64,000 nt of DNA from the human T2T-CHM13v2.0 reference genome, Homo sapiens: the NCBI RefSeq assembly GCF_009914755.1, contig NC_060936.1. One strand, written 5' to 3'. Shown in pieces: positions 40,748 through 55,619 of the stretch (positions within the stretch are counted from its first letter, which is position 1; the number at the start of each line of letters is the position of its first letter). The notes beneath the pieces were generated by a model. That model was not told the DNA's origin, searched no databases, and saw only the letters and a program-made list of their open reading frames with translations. The position numbers were made by a program, and so were the translations under genes.

Positions 40748-43009
40748 AAAACCATGTCATTTTCTATTAAAAGATCCCACTAAATAAGAGAAAAATATCA
40801 AAAATTTTACTTACTGGATTTAAGAAATAAGCACTACAGCAATGTGATTAGAAGTATTGTTTTCAAAAAATGTATAAGCATATTTTTCAATTTGATCTAA
40901 AGGCCCATGTGATTTAAAAGGAAGAAGACTTTCATTACATCAACAATTGTTCCTAGTCACAAGTATGTCCATCTACAGGGTCAAACCATGCTATCTTTCA
41001 GAATTGCTAGCAATCAAAAGATAAACCTGAGTAAAGAAGAGCAAGAAGTGGTTGAGTTTTCCCCCTTCCTGAAAGGACAAAAGAAAAAAACATTGACTTA
41101 TTCAATCTTCAGGTTTGATGTTTGGACTTTTTGAAGTGTTTGATGCAAGTCAATGTTTCCATCTGCTTGAAAGGAGAGACTTGTTTTAGATGCTAATCTG
41201 GCTATGTTCAAATAAAACATGGGTGGAGAATCTGTATGTGTTTTGAGTGTGGTTACTAGTTTCCCATTCACTTGAAAATTACTACCAGTGTCCAAGTTTG
41301 TTGTACTACTCAATCTTTCATGAAAATTTCCTGTAGTGCTGGCTCAGAATTGACATTTAGTTAACAAAATTTGTGGAGTCATTGTATTATGGGCACAATG
41401 TTCCAGCCATCAGAGAGCTCTTTTGTGGGCACAGTGTAAATATACCCTCTTTAATCTATGATGTGATTAATGACCAGGCTTTGCATTTCATTGTTGCTTT
41501 GCATCACTATCAAGAAAAATAAAGCATTCACATTACTTTCCAAAGGTCACAGAAAAGAAGTTATTTTCTTGTTAAGATAAACTTTAATAAACATATTTTA
41601 AGCTTGCTTATCTCAGAATATTTATGGTATAGAATTTTAGAACAGTCACAAACAGAAATTTCAATGAAGATTCATATTTAAGCTGGACATTTTTTTTCTT
41701 ACTGTGTGTTGTGCCTCTGTTGTATATGGCTTAGAAGGGAGAAATGCTATACAAAGTCTTTGAATGTCATCATTGCAAATCATATATACAGCAGTAGAAA
41801 ATAGACTCTTGGGAATAATATTGCTGTGGTGGGGGAGAGGCAGCACAGGCCAAAGTAATTTAATTTATCTAACCTAAATCAAAATTTTAAGACTCACCCA
41901 TGAAAGAAGTATATGTATTGCCCCCATTTCTACTTTTTATTTTTCAGGCTGACTTGTGTTCTTGTCTCCCACTCAAATCAATGTTAAATAGAAGGATCAT
42001 AGTCTGGAAATTATTTGTTAAATAATTTAATAGACACTGTAAAGATTTTTTTTTAGTTTTCTAAATGCCACATGTTATTTTCAGTAACACATACTATTAT
42101 TTTCAATATGTAGGCATAGAATCTTTTAGAAAATAGATGCCATAATCTAGCAGACCAGATAATGTTGGGTGGCAGTTCATGTTGTTTGAAATCTACCATT
42201 ACAATCTCACATGGTATTTATTTATTCAAGATGAATAATAAGCTTCATTTCTCAAGGGCAATGCACTAGAAAATGTACATAACATTTTGTCTGCTGATTA
42301 ACCTAACAGATAATAAAAGAATATGAGCATCATAAAATTTTTAAAAGTGTAAATGAAAAGGTAATACAAGAGGTGGGATTTACAAATCAAAAAATAGAGA
42401 GCTAATTGTAATCCACCTTCTATGGCATTGCATTAGGGATAAAAATACAAAATCATTTAAATTAAAACAATGATATTATCTGTATTCAATATTATTTATT
42501 TATTTTTTAATCTCAAGAGGTGAAAGTATAAAAATAGCTAAATGCTTGTGGGAATATTAAGATCTCTAAATTATTTTGAATTTAAATGTAATTTTTACTA
42601 ATACTATTGAGCAGTGGTAATAATTAGAATGATTTCAGCAAGGTTGGATAGTTGAATAATTAAAGGCACAAGATTAATTTTAGAAGAGGCCTCATTATCT
42701 AAAATTAAATATTAGAACCCTTGTAAAAGATAGGAGTAAGAATGGAGAATAGACGGAACCATATTTTAAAGTTATTTAGCCTCATTAATACCATAATTTC
42801 CCTTGAATAAATATAAAATCCATTTGTATTAAATATAAATTTCAAAGTTTCATGATATATATTTGTTTTTTATAGAAATTAAGAATTGAATGATCTTGTC
42901 TGTAATTCTTGTACTGCAGTTCAGAAATAGCTTCCCAAATTATTATCTTCTTAATTACTTTTGAATGGGCATTGCATGCAAATTATAAAAACTTAAATAT
43001 ATTGAAATG

Positions 43010-43700
43010 TAAGATTTTATTTCACTTTTCTTCCTGGGCCAACCTCTTCCCCCAGAGCAATTCTTTTTTGCTTTTGCTTTTTTCAGTTTCTGAGATATCC
43101 CACATATCTTTATATAGTTTTGCTTAAATATTTGACACGTTAGTCTTTCCACACACATTGTTTTGCATCTTTCTTTTATTACTCAACACTGCATCTTACT
43201 AATCATTCTGTATTAGTACATAAAACTTTTAGCAGCAAGATAGGACTCCATAATTTATTTAACCAGTTCTAATGGATCGATATTTAAACTTGTTTCCTTT
43301 TTTAAACCATTATAAACAATGCTGAAAATATAATTGTACATACATCTTTAAATACATCTATACAATGATTTCTAAAAGACAAACTTCTGGTCAAAGACAT
43401 ATGAATTCATAATTTAACAAATGACTACAAATTACCATCCAGAGAGGCTTTACCTTTATATTTTCACAAGCAATATGTGAGAGAGCCTATTTCAAAAAAC
43501 AATGGGTCAAAATACAGTGTTTTACAATTTTTGATCTTAGCCAATGTGACAAGTAAAAATATGAAACATCACTGAAGCTTCAGTTTGCATTTATGTGTTT
43601 AGTGTGATTGAGATTGTTTTATGTTCACTCATGCTTAAATGCCATAGTATTTTCTCTTCTGGAAGCTGTGTGTTCACATCCTATACTGATTGTAAATATT
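43010..43700 (-). mobile_element. L1ME-type fragment
   Basis: CCATAATTTATTTAACCAGTTC...ATTATAAACAATGCTG...CAAGCAATATGTGAGAG are antisense old-L1 3' motifs. Confidence 0.6.
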
Positions 43701-45009
43701 GAAAGCTTAAAAATGGATTTGTGCATCTGCGAAATTGGTGAATTATTTACAAGCATCTATTTCCCACTAGGTCCGCATTTCCATTATTCACATATCTTTC
43801 ATAGTTGGTTAAGTACCCTTTTGTTGCTTACTGAAGCAAATAATAAAATCAGTTTTGAGTTTGGAAAGATAACTTATGGAAAATATATTTCACCACAGCA
43901 GTATCTGATTCCAGTGGCTGAGAAAAAGATAATTTAATAGCAAATACATAATTACATATTAAAATTCAAAAAATAGGAAAAAGGTACCATTCTAATGGCA
44001 ATTAAATAATTTCTATAGTTCCAGAATACAACACATACATATGACGTTACACTTGTTTTAATTACTTTCCCCTGAGGTTTGCTTGGTAAAGGTACACGTA
44101 AAGGTGGGGCTTCTAAATTAGAAATAGATTCTCATGAATAAGTATACCATTTATTTGCTACAACTGGGAAAAAAAAAGCAGCATGTCTGAAAGCTGCCTA
44201 CTTCAAGTTCTGGACAAGAGTAATGGTATGGAAGAAAAAGTATATCTAATTTTGAATAATATGCCTGTGGAACTTTTCAGCAGGATCTAGTCACCATCTC
44301 TTTGATATATTCTCTGAGCTTTTTTGGACAAGTTTTACAAAAAAAAAAAAATGAATAGAGGGCTTAAACCCCAACACATAACTATTGCTTTTCTCTGCTT
44401 TCTATCAGTTTAGCCTAGAAGTTAATATTGTGTATTATTAAACACTGAAATATAAAATAAAATATTTTTATGATTTATGCTTTTCTGTATTTTGTTACAC
44501 TAGAACATTAATATTAAAAATCAGAGGCTTATTTCTCACTTAGACTTCGAAAATTTATATCATTTAAATTTTTATATTGTGGCTATTTAATTATAAGACA
44601 AAAAATTCCACTTGAAATATGTGTTAAATCCTTCTTTCTCTAAACCTTTTCTCCAAAACCATTTTAAAAAAGATATTCTGACTCTTGTGTATGCAAAAAA
44701 AAATTCCAGATTAAAACAAATGGTTTTTAGTTAGTTTGTTGGTGCTAGATATAAATCATCTATGACAACAACAAAAACATAAGACAAACTCGTTTGGAAT
44801 ATTAGTCACATTCATCTAAGAGTATGAAGAAAATCCTAAGTCTCTCATTATGTTGCAATGATTCAGGAAAAGAAAGAGAAAAGCGAAATGAAACCTGAAA
44901 AAATAAACTCTTATGCATGAGCATAACTATTTATATTAAAGATATCTCCTCTTATGGAATAAAAGATACTCTTATGGAGCATCTTTTATTATTTTCAAAT
45001 TTTCCCCAG

Positions 45010-45311
45010 GGCTGGGTTCAGTGACTCACGTCTATAATCCCAGCCCTTTGGGAAACTGAAGCAGGCAGATAACTTGAGGTCAGGAGTACGAGACCAGCCT
45101 GGCCGGCCAACATGCCGAAACCCCTTCTCTACTAAAAATACAAAAATTAGCCGGGTGTGGTGGTGCATGCTTGTAATCTCAGCTATTTGGAAGGCTGAGG
45201 CATGAGAATTGCTTGAACCTGGGAGGTAGAGGTTACAGTGAGCTGAGATCGTGCCACTGCACATCTGCCTGGGCGACAGAGCAAGAACCTGTCTCAAAAA
45301 GAAAAGAAAAG
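45010..45311 (+). mobile_element. Alu (AluS)
   Basis: Dimeric Alu with a (GAAAA)n tail; TSD AAATTTTCCCCAG (44997-45009) / AAACTTTCCCCAG (45312-45324). Confidence 0.95.
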
Positions 45312-45649
45312 AAACTTTCCCCAGAAAATATTATACGATAACCCACAAATAAATACTATATTATTCAATTTTTTACTAGATCCTCAGTATTTACTAGACC
45401 CTAAGTCAATAAATACTTGCCAAATAAATAAATACAAAAAAAATGCTTTCTAAATTACCAATCTTAACTAGATATACAAACAAAAAGACAAAGAATGAAG
45501 GGATCCTATGGTGAGGTCATCTCTTACTAGATAAGAATCTCCATCGTATTAAACATCTATTATACTAAAAACCAAGTTGGTATTAGGAATAGCAAGCTTA
45601 GTTGGGGAAATAAAGAAAAATAAAGAACATTTAGAGAATAAAGGAATAT

Positions 45650-45790
45650 AGCAAAAAGATGTCATGGTCTGTGGAGATTAAAAGGCTTAGGTTTCAAATC
45701 TGACTATGCCATACTAGCTGTGTAGCCTTAGGCAAGTTTCTTCATCTCCCTCACCCCTTGTATCTTTATCTTTAAAATAGTTATAAAGTG
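45650..45790 (+). mobile_element. MIR SINE
   Basis: TAGGTTTCAAATCTGACTATGCCATACTAGCTGTGTAGCCTTAGGCAAGTTTCTTCATCTC core. Confidence 0.7.
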
Positions 45791-45980
45791 TAATCTATTT
45801 CATGCATGTGGCAAAGGCATATACTGAACACCTGCCTCAACCCCTTGCAGCTGGGTGAGGCTATATGTATAGCTCTGGATAAAGGACTAGGAGTGAAGGT
45901 GATGTGTGTCACTTCCATACAGAAAAATGTAAGAGCCAGTGGGCAATCCTCCTTCACTCTTTCTTTCATTAATTTTAATT

Positions 45981-46224
45981 TAGTGTTTAGCAAACTTTTT
46001 CTGTAAAGGGACAGGGAGTAAACAGTTTGAGCTTTGCATGCTCTATGTTCTTTGTTGCTACTACTCAACTCTGCCTTTACGATGCATAAAATGCAAATTC
46101 ATTACCTAAAAGCAATCATAGAGTATATGTAAAGAATGAGTATTGTTGTTTTCCAGTAAAACTTTATTTACAAAATTAGGTGGTGGGTTAGAATTGGCCC
46201 AAAAGCCATAATTTGCTGTCTTCT
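45981..46224 (+). mobile_element. MER58A (hAT-Charlie non-autonomous DNA transposon)
   Basis: GCAAACTTTTTCTGTAAAGGGACAG...CTACTCAACTCTGCC...CCAGTAAAACTTTATTTACAAAA...TTGGCCCAAAAGCCATAATTTGC. Confidence 0.8.
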
Positions 46225-46354
46225 CTATTCAATCAATACCATATTGATTGTGATGAAGAAGTGATGAAAGAAAAGAGTTTAGTTGAATCAAGTTTAATTC
46301 ACATGCATTGACAGAGCATATTTATGTGCTTGGAACTCTGGTATTTGCTATAGG

Positions 46355-46580
46355 AAAGAAATTTATGTATATTGAGCATTTTTTATGTGGCAAGCGATCT
46401 GATACATTTTTCACATAAATACTTAATTGCATTTAATCTTTATAGCCTGGAATTTTTCAGATAAGATCTTGAGACCCAAAGGAATTAAGTGAGGAACCCA
46501 AGTTAATACTGTTAGTAATTCTGAAATAAGGGATTAGAATACCATCCTATCGGACCCCAAATTCTGAGTTCTTTCATGTT
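46355..46580 (-). mobile_element. MIR SINE
   Basis: TATTGAGCATTTTTATGTGGCAAG...TTTTCAGATAAG..TGAGACCCAAAGGAATTAAGTGA. Confidence 0.55.
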
Positions 46581-47963
46581 CATTAAACTGTTATATTGAA
46601 TAACCATGACTCAGAGTGTAATCATAAAGATGTTTTCTCCTCACAGTTGCATCTACAAAACCCAAGAGCTGTTATTTTTCTCTCATATAATAAATTTGGG
46701 GAGGTAGCCTGGGTGGATTATCTATTCACTCTAAGATAATAATAATATTTAAAAATCCTCTTATCACTTTAGTCTCTCAAATAGTCTCAGTTCAGTAATT
46801 AACATATCCTCATAATAATATTGTTATAATGTAATAATAAAATTACAGTGTAATAATAAAATCTCTGACTATCAAAGTGAAATATTTGCCTCAACCTTAG
46901 TTCAAGTCTGCTGAGTAGGAAAAGTGCATCTGGAAAGAGGATAGTGGGTAGGTGGGGAGACACTTCTTTCCTTTTTACCTTCCCAGATCCTTTTCACTGT
47001 ACCCAATACCTCTTCAGCTAAAAAGAGGCAGATTTTTTCTGCTGGAGATGTGGGAATTGCTCTCATCTGCAGTTCTGTTTTCTCCACTGAATATGCCTCC
47101 GGCTGATCCCTTAACCTCCCTCAAGCCTCCTTCTGCCAAGGTGTGCTTCTTCCTCCTGATGATCTTCTTGAGCAGAATCTAAAATAACTTCAAGTTCTCT
47201 CTCTTTTTCTCACAGACATGATACTTATGGCCCACCTCAGGGTTTCTCAAGCTCTAGAGGTCTGTTTAAAGTAATTTGCATTGGTATTGAGGGGAGGTAG
47301 ACGTGTCCCTCTCTCCCTATATCTCTCATCAGCCTCAAACTCCTGGCTGTTTCAATTTTCTAAGATTTGCAAAAACAATATACAACTACCCTCTCAGCTG
47401 TCCCTGCCTAGCGGTCAAACACCTCCCTATGAAATGTGGGCGAAATTAGTGTCTATTATTCTAGAGAAGCTATAGAAACTTTTTAACAGTCTTATAGAAA
47501 AGCCTAAAATACTCTATTTTTCCTAAGACACTTGCAGTATGGTTGTGAATACAAAGCTAATACTCTAGAAATATTTGCAAGATTTTTATGGATCGGAAGA
47601 GACTTAAGGGTCAATAATTTCATTCCTTAGCTGAACTGATGAATATTTACTAAGGGTCTAATATTTGGAAAGTGCTGGGCTAGGGCTTAAATAAAACTGA
47701 AACCAAATGCAGATATCATTACAGTCACTACTTGAATCTCTCTGATTTGGGAGAATTTACTACACCTTCAAAAGTCCCATTTTCATTGTTTTTGTAAATC
47801 TTGGGGTCTCCATGTTATTTTAAATAAATATGCCTTCCTGGCAGAGCAATATCAGTCTTTAAAGAATGGAATAAATTACAGAATTCCAATGTTGAAGACA
47901 GGCTTACAGTTCCTTCCATCATTCTGACTTTCTATCATTTGCTCTTAGTTCCTTTTATGACAT

Positions 47964-48831
<868 letters not shown>

Positions 48832-48982
48832 ACATGTGTAACAGGGGTGCATGTCACTACTCTCTAATTGTACTGAAGTACAAAGGCTTGGAGCTCTCTT
48901 TTAGAGATCACCCTTAATTATACTGTGGGTGAAAAGAAAGCATCCTGCATTTTCTGAAACTTCCACATAGCTTGGGCTATTT

Positions 48983-49048
48983 ATTTTTATTTTTATTTAT
49001 TTATTTTATTTTATTATTTATTTTTGAGACGGAGTCTCGCACTGTTGC
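48983..49048 (-). mobile_element. extremely 5'-truncated Alu (23-bp body plus tail)
   Basis: T-rich tail then GAGACGGAGTCTCGCACTGTTGC; TSD AGCTTGGGCTATTT / AGATTGGGCTGTTT (12/14 identical). Confidence 0.8.
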
Positions 49049-49239
49049 AGATTGGGCTGTTTCTTAATGTTGACTTTGCATCTTTGTGTGTAATCTTCTC
49101 AGGTTCAGTTCCTTATCTCTGGCTTTCTTGATTTTCATCAACATCATATGCATTGTTACCAAATACACCAAAATGGTTTTCACATGATAAATATTTTTAA
49201 ATGAATAACTGAGATTACAAAAGTAAGGAAAACTCACAG

Positions 49240-50090
49240 GGCACTGGAAAGTAGAAAATGATAAAGTGAAACTAAAATGGTGGGGAATGCAAATTGGCAA
49301 AGCCACTTTAGAGAATGATTTGGCAATATCTAGTGAAGGAAAAAAATGACTCTGTGGTCCAGCAATTTCTTTCTTAGGTATATACCATAAAGATATGCTC
49401 AAATATGTGTACAAAGAGATATGTAAAATATCCTAGCAGCATTGTTCATGACTGGAAAAAACAAACAAACAAACAACAACAACAAAATTCAAGGCCAGTC
49501 TAATGTCCATGATAGAATGGATTTTAAATTGTGCTATATTTGTATACTGGTGTACTATTCAGCAATAACAATGAATGAATTAGATTGAATAATACAAGTA
49601 TAAATAAAATTTACAACTATAATCTATAATGTATAAAGCAAATTGTAGAAGAATATAAAATGTTAAAAAATAAGCAGAAAGGTACTATATTTTGTTTAGG
49701 TAGACATGCATATGTAAAAAATGTATTAAAAATGTGATATATGAAATTCTGATAATCACATAAAAAACTGAAAATTAATCATCCAAGGGAGGGAGGGAGC
49801 AAATAGGAGAGACATGGTAAATGAAGGCAGGAGTAGGAGTAAACTTTATATATTATTTATATGTTTAATTGTAAACCATGTGAGTATATTACTACTCAAA
49901 AATGCATAGAAATTATTAGTGACTAAACTCAAGATGGTAGAGAAAAAAGAGAATGTGATTGGTTGGAAATACAAAGGATACAACAATTATATTTATAAGC
50001 ATTTAGTATATTAATCTGAATGATGAATACAAATTCTTTATTATTCTGTATACCCTTTGCACATCTGAAACATAATATTATAAAATAAAA
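49240..50090 (+). mobile_element. L1ME-type 3' fragment
   Basis: GGTGGGGAATGCAAATTGGCAAAGCCACTTTAGAGAATGATTTGGCAATATCTAG...CCAGCAATTTCTTTCTTAGGTATATACC. Confidence 0.7.
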
Positions 50091-50912
50091 CCTTAGCTTT
50101 CAAAGCCATTGTTTCTGTTAAGGGCTTGACAATCCAAATTTGGGGGTCAACAAATAAGCATTGACTTTTCATTCTTCTTTGTAACTATACTATAATAATC
50201 TCAATTTATGTCAAGGAAGTGTGGATGACTCTAACTTTTGGAAAAACAAATTAGCAGGTAGTATAAAGTGTGAAAAAGAAAAACAGATTAATGTTTCAAG
50301 ATATTATTTGACCTCTTTTACACATCCCTTACTACTGTTGACACACTTGACTTTGATATATTTCTTAAATATTTCTTTTCAGAAGTAATCAAATTAAGAG
50401 GAAACCTTTTGATGATAGTGTTTGTTATCTCTGTATTCATCTATTTATCATAAAGATGATCTAATATTCTATTTTTATAAATACAGTGTTGATTGTATAA
50501 TACTTCTGAGCAATGCTAATATAGTTTAACCTTAAAAAATGAAACCTGACATCATAAAACTCAATATTAGTATTGCTTCCACTTTTTAGAGCTTGATTTT
50601 GGCAGGCCAATTTTTTTTCAAATGTTGGTTTTCTTATCTTTAGAATGAATGGAGTTCTATGAGAAAGAGCATTGTGAGAATTACATCAAATTAAAATATT
50701 AATAATAAATTTTCAGTGTATATAAAATGACTTATTGTCTGGAACAAAATAGTTATTTAAAAATCAATCATTCCATTAGACATTAAAAATAAGCATAAGT
50801 ATGCCTACATTTGTGATTATTCTGGATGTTCTTATAAGGTCTCTGGATCATGATTATCACTCCGTAGTACATGGATATAGTTATATGAACAAAGAAGGTA
50901 GAATATATTTGG

Positions 50913-50930
50913 ATATATATATATATATAT
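50913..50930. repeat. (AT)9 microsatellite
   Basis: Seen directly. Confidence 0.9.
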
Positions 50931-52789
50931 ACCAGACATGTTTAAATATTTTAGTAATAAATCTGTAATATGAGCTAATTTTCAAAAAATTTTGTCAATG
51001 TCTTCCAAAACTAATTTAGAGAAATAAAGAAATGAAAAATTCTAAAACAAATCAAATGCCCATTTAATTAACAGTTTCACAAAGTTGTATTATAGTTCCT
51101 TTTTAATAAGTATATATTTAAACTTTTTATGGCATACATATATAAACTAATTTATATAAATGAGCATTATGTATTCATATATTAAAATATAAATGTATAA
51201 AATAAGCACAACTATACAAACATGTTTGTACAGATATATATATACACAAACACATGTGAAAGTATGAATATAACAACAAAAATATAAATTAGGGAGTAAA
51301 CCTTTGCTTTATAAGAGATCTCAACATATTATTTTTTAAAACTGTAATTACTCTTACAATTATTTTGCACAATTTCTAAGGTCAAGTCTTACATAAAATG
51401 AGTAACACTAATAATGTTTCTTAGGTGTTATAATTAACAAGATGAGTTTCACTTATAGTAAAAAAGAGTACAAAGAAAGAAACTAAGGCCTATACATTAA
51501 ACTTTCATTTAAAAAATATTTGACAGAAATTCCATAAGAAATGAAAAATAACAATTATTTTGGCTTGAATTTTTTCTATTTGAGTGAACAAATAGTGATG
51601 TATTATACTCAACATCCACATATTAAAATAATCCAAACCTAGTATTTCAGGAGGAAATTTTAGCAGTGTTTCCACTGTAAGACACCTTAGATTGAGAAGA
51701 AAAGAAAACTTATCTTGGTACCTGCTGAGTATGTTTTAATCCCATAGCCCATGATGCATTTCTCTTATCCTGACAAATAGGTAGCAGTGCTATTTTTTGT
51801 TCTTAGCATATAGTCAGCTTCTTTTGAAATTCAGTCATATATTGGATATGCTGACCCCCTGCCATAGTGAATTCCACAGGCAGAAGCTCCATAGGATGAA
51901 AAGTGCTATTCAACTAGAGGGGTTCATGAAGAAAGTCAAAGTCTCTCAAATTAATTTCTCAAAATGCCCTAAGCCCCAGCCATCTCCCCTTCGATGTTCT
52001 TTGCAGCTGCTTAGCACTTCTGGACTAGTTGAGCCTGAGTGAGTTGGCTGCCTCCCCCTATGGCAATATTTCTTTTTCAAAGGGTAGTTGCCATGGTTGT
52101 ATAATTTTGTGCAGGGAGTAGGAGACTTTGTGATTGGCCAAACTGTGCTGAAAAAGATAACAAACACAAAAACTACAAGTTTAAACTGAGGAAAACTTTG
52201 TCAAACTCTCAGTGGAGAGTGGAAGAAAGAATGCTTTCCACATTAAAAATATCTTGCATTTTTTAACATTGTTGAACTGCAAGGGGCTTAGGATACTTAA
52301 TGGGTCTTACTAAATTTGGTTAGACCTCCCCAGCCTCCTAGTGAGCACATGGAAAACAGAAGCATATAGAGAGAGCACAAAGTTAAGAAACACAAGAATG
52401 GACTAAAATTCTTGGCTCATTTACTGTCACACCTTGGATTGTGTAAATGATTGGTACCTTTTGGAGCCTCCCTTTGCTCTAGGTTAATGCATCATCATTC
52501 ATCTTAATATACTCATTACTATCCTCTATCTCTTGTGTCAGGCAATTCTTGCCACCTAGAATTTCCTCTCAAAATCCTATGTCTGAGCAAAGCTTTGGAC
52601 CCAAATCTCCTATGATATCCTTGTTAATAAAATAGTAAAATTATGATTGGCTAAGGGTAGTATTGGACAGATTCAAATTGTATTCAACAATGTTGCTCAG
52701 CAAGACCTGTATATGCTGAGGCCCCTATTGTCAAGTACTTTGGTAGGTGCTTTTGCTTACATTATCTCAATTAATTTTTTTGGTATGCA

Positions 52790-53298
52790 TGTTATTTGAC
52801 TAACCAATTTATCTTATTTGTTACTAAAATGTTTCTGGTTTTGTTCAAGGTTTCACTGTTCCTAGCTAAAATTCCAGGCTCTGTTGCATCTTGTTATGTT
52901 AATATGACACAGTTCTGGCTAATAACATGGAGATGTAAGTCCCTGAGAGAAGGCTTCCTTTCAGAAATTTGTCTTCAGAAATAAAAAAGGCAGACCCCTG
53001 TGAAGGTAAGGTTTTGTCTTTTGTCCTTAATTGTTTTCTTATCCCTTCTTCCCAACTGGGACAATGTATGATAGTGATAAGGAGAAGGAGCAGCCATCTT
53101 TGACTAGACCACATAATAAGGAGGTCAGAGTAGAAAGATACTCTAAACTTAAATTTTGGATGGTGTTTTGGGGTATTTCAAGCGGCCCTGAGCTCTCTAC
53201 CTCCAGCATTTTTATTAAATGAAAAATGTAATCCTATTTATATAAGTCATTTTTGGTCAAGCTTTCTGCTACTCCCAGTGTAATCATTACTTACCACA
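52790..53298 (+). mobile_element. MLT1 (J-like) LTR
   Basis: ATGACACAGTTCTGGCTAATAACATG, GCAGCCATCTTG, CTACCTCCAGCATTTTTATTAAATGAAAAA...TATAAGTCA motifs. Confidence 0.6.
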
Positions 53299-53932
53299 CA
53301 ACGTAAGAACTCTGAGCTATGTGGTAATATCCCACAGCTAGGGAGTAGGAAAAGGAGGTAGAATTTAAAGCTCTCCTTGCAATTTTAATTCCCATTTTAT
53401 ATTGATTCACTTGTTAATGGTCTTATATGGCCTAATATTTCTGTTAGTGATTTAAATAAAGAGATCAAAGAGTTAGATATCAGATGTGCTGTTTCCCAAA
53501 GCTTGAATGATAGCTAATATACTATAATCTGAGACTGCAACTGTCTTGACATATTTGATTTCCTGTGTCAAGATTTTCAACATTTGTTGAATTATATTAA
53601 AATAATTCATAGTTTGATAACTTTATTAGAATCCAAGTGGTGATATTGAGAAGGTAGTTGGATACAGTAGTATGGAATTCAGAAGGGAGATCTGGTATAA
53701 ACTTATTTATCAATGGCATATAGATAGTATTTTATGCCATGTGACTTGATGAGATTGCAAAGGACGAAAGAAAGTGTAGATAGTAAATGGAATAGAATTA
53801 GAGATTGAAGCCTGGGCTTTCATAATAATATTGTTGAGAAGACTAATGTTAAGAGAAGGAACAATCAATGACTGTAATATCCAGAAAAAAAAAAAACAAG
53901 TGATGGAACTATGTAATCTGTGGTTTCAAATA

Positions 53933-55109
53933 CAGTCATATGCCACATAAGGACATTTGCGTCAACAACAGACTGCTATACGATCATGGTTCCATAGATT
54001 ATAATGGAGCTGAAAAATTCCTATCACCTAGTTACATCATAGCTGTCAGAATGTCATAGCACAACACATTGCTCACATGCTTGTGGTGTAATGTGCTGGC
54101 ATAAATAAACCTAGTGTGCTGCCAGTCATATAAAAATATAGCACATATAATTTTGTACAATACATAATACTTGATATAATAAGAAATGACTATGTTACTG
54201 GTTTATGCATTTACCATACTGTACTTTTTATGGCTAGAGTGTACTCCCTCCACTTTTTTAAAACAATAAACTTAACTGTAAAAAAACTTCTGGCAGGTCT
54301 ATCAGGAGGTGTTTCAGAATAAGACATTGTTTTCATAGGAGAAGATAGCTCCATGCATGTTTTTCACCCTTAATACTTTCCAATGGGACAAGATGTGGAG
54401 GTAGAAGGCAGTAATATCTTAATCCTTTGGAAACCTAGGCTAATATGTGTGATTGTATCTTAGATTTTAACAAAATATAAAAATTAAAAAAATCTTTAAA
54501 AATGGAAAGAAAGTTTATAGAATAAGGATGTGAAGAAAAAATAGTTTTGCACAGCTGTACAATGTGTTTTAAATTAAGTATTTCTACAAAAACTTAAAAA
54601 GTAAAAACATATAAAGTAAAAAGTTACAGTAAACTAAGGTTCATTTATTATTTAAAAATAAAATATTTTAATAAATTTATGTAGACTAACAGTGCAGTGT
54701 TTATAAAGCCTACAGTAGTATACAGTAATGTCCTAGGCCTTCACACTCACACCACTCCCTCACTGATTCATCCAGAGCAACTTCTATTTCTGCAAGCTAC
54801 ATTCATGGTAAGTGCTCTACATAGGTGTATCTTTTTAAATATTTTATACTGCATTTTTGCGCTTTTTTAGATTTAGATATCCTTAGCCATGCAAATAGTC
54901 ATTGTGTTACAGTTGCTTACAGAATTCAGTACAGTAACATGCTGTACAGGTTTATAGCCACAGAGCTATAAGAATATCATATATCCCAGGTATATAGTAG
55001 GCTCTACTATCCAGGTTTGTGTAAGTGCACTCTATGATATGTGCACAATGAGATTGCCTAATGATGTGCTTCTTAGAGTGTATTCCTGTTGCTAATCAAT
55101 GCATGTCTA
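53933..55109 (+). mobile_element. Tigger3 (Golem; Tigger3b-like) DNA transposon
   Basis: Starts TA|CAGTCATATGCCACATAAGGACATTTGCGTCAAC and ends TGTTGCTAATCAATGCATGTCTA|TA; TA target duplication; ~1.18 kb, no transposase ORF. Confidence 0.88.
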
Positions 55110-55179
55110 TACTGTTAATTTGCCAAGTAAAGTAAAACATTGAATTGACTATTGGATTTGACCACATGTAGAATTTTGG

Positions 55180-55305
55180 TAGGGATAGCATCCATCCTAG
55201 TGCACCTTTGACACTTTCAGTTTGTTGCCTTGTTTTAATTAATAATAATGCCACTTTTCATTCTTAAGTATCATAGTTCAAATGATAAATTATATGGTCA
55301 TCCTA
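55180..55305 (-). mobile_element. MER94-like hAT-Blackjack MITE
   Basis: Reverse complement starts TAGGATGACCATATAATTTATCATTTGAAC; degenerate TAGGG...CCTA termini; ~125 bp. Confidence 0.6.
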
Positions 55306-55619
55306 AGCCACTGATGATCTTTAGAAAGATAGTTTCAGTGGAATTCTGTGAGCAAAATACTGGTTGGAATGTATGTAAGAACAAAGGAAGAAAGAGTGGG
55401 AGACGGCAAAGATGCAAAAAGCTTTTTGCTGCAAAGTTTTGCAGAGAAATGGGATGAAAGCTGGAATGAGAATTAAACAATGTAATTATGTACCCAAGGG
55501 ATTCAGTTGATAGTGAAAAATTATTGATGTAAGAGAGAGGAAAAATGTCCTGGAGTAACTGAGAAGGGATTCAACCTCTGTTTAAGGGAGGGAATGGCTT
55601 AGAATAGATAAAAATCAAG

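Larger units (their letters stand above)
53620..55600 (-). mobile_element. L2 fragment interrupted by Tigger3 and MER94-like elements
   Basis: GGTAGTTGGATACAGTAGTATGGAATTCAGAAGGGAGATCTGG; rejoins across Tigger3 (TCAAATA|CTGTTAATTTGCCAAGTAAAG...ATTGACTATTGGATTTG) and continues GATAGTTTCAGTGGAATTCTG. Confidence 0.7.

Noticed and set aside
52045-52102. CTCF-like (GCTGCCTCCCCCTATGGCA) and RFX X-box-like (GTTGCCATGGTTGT) motifs
   Set aside because: Both mismatch key consensus positions; not supportable without ChIP data.
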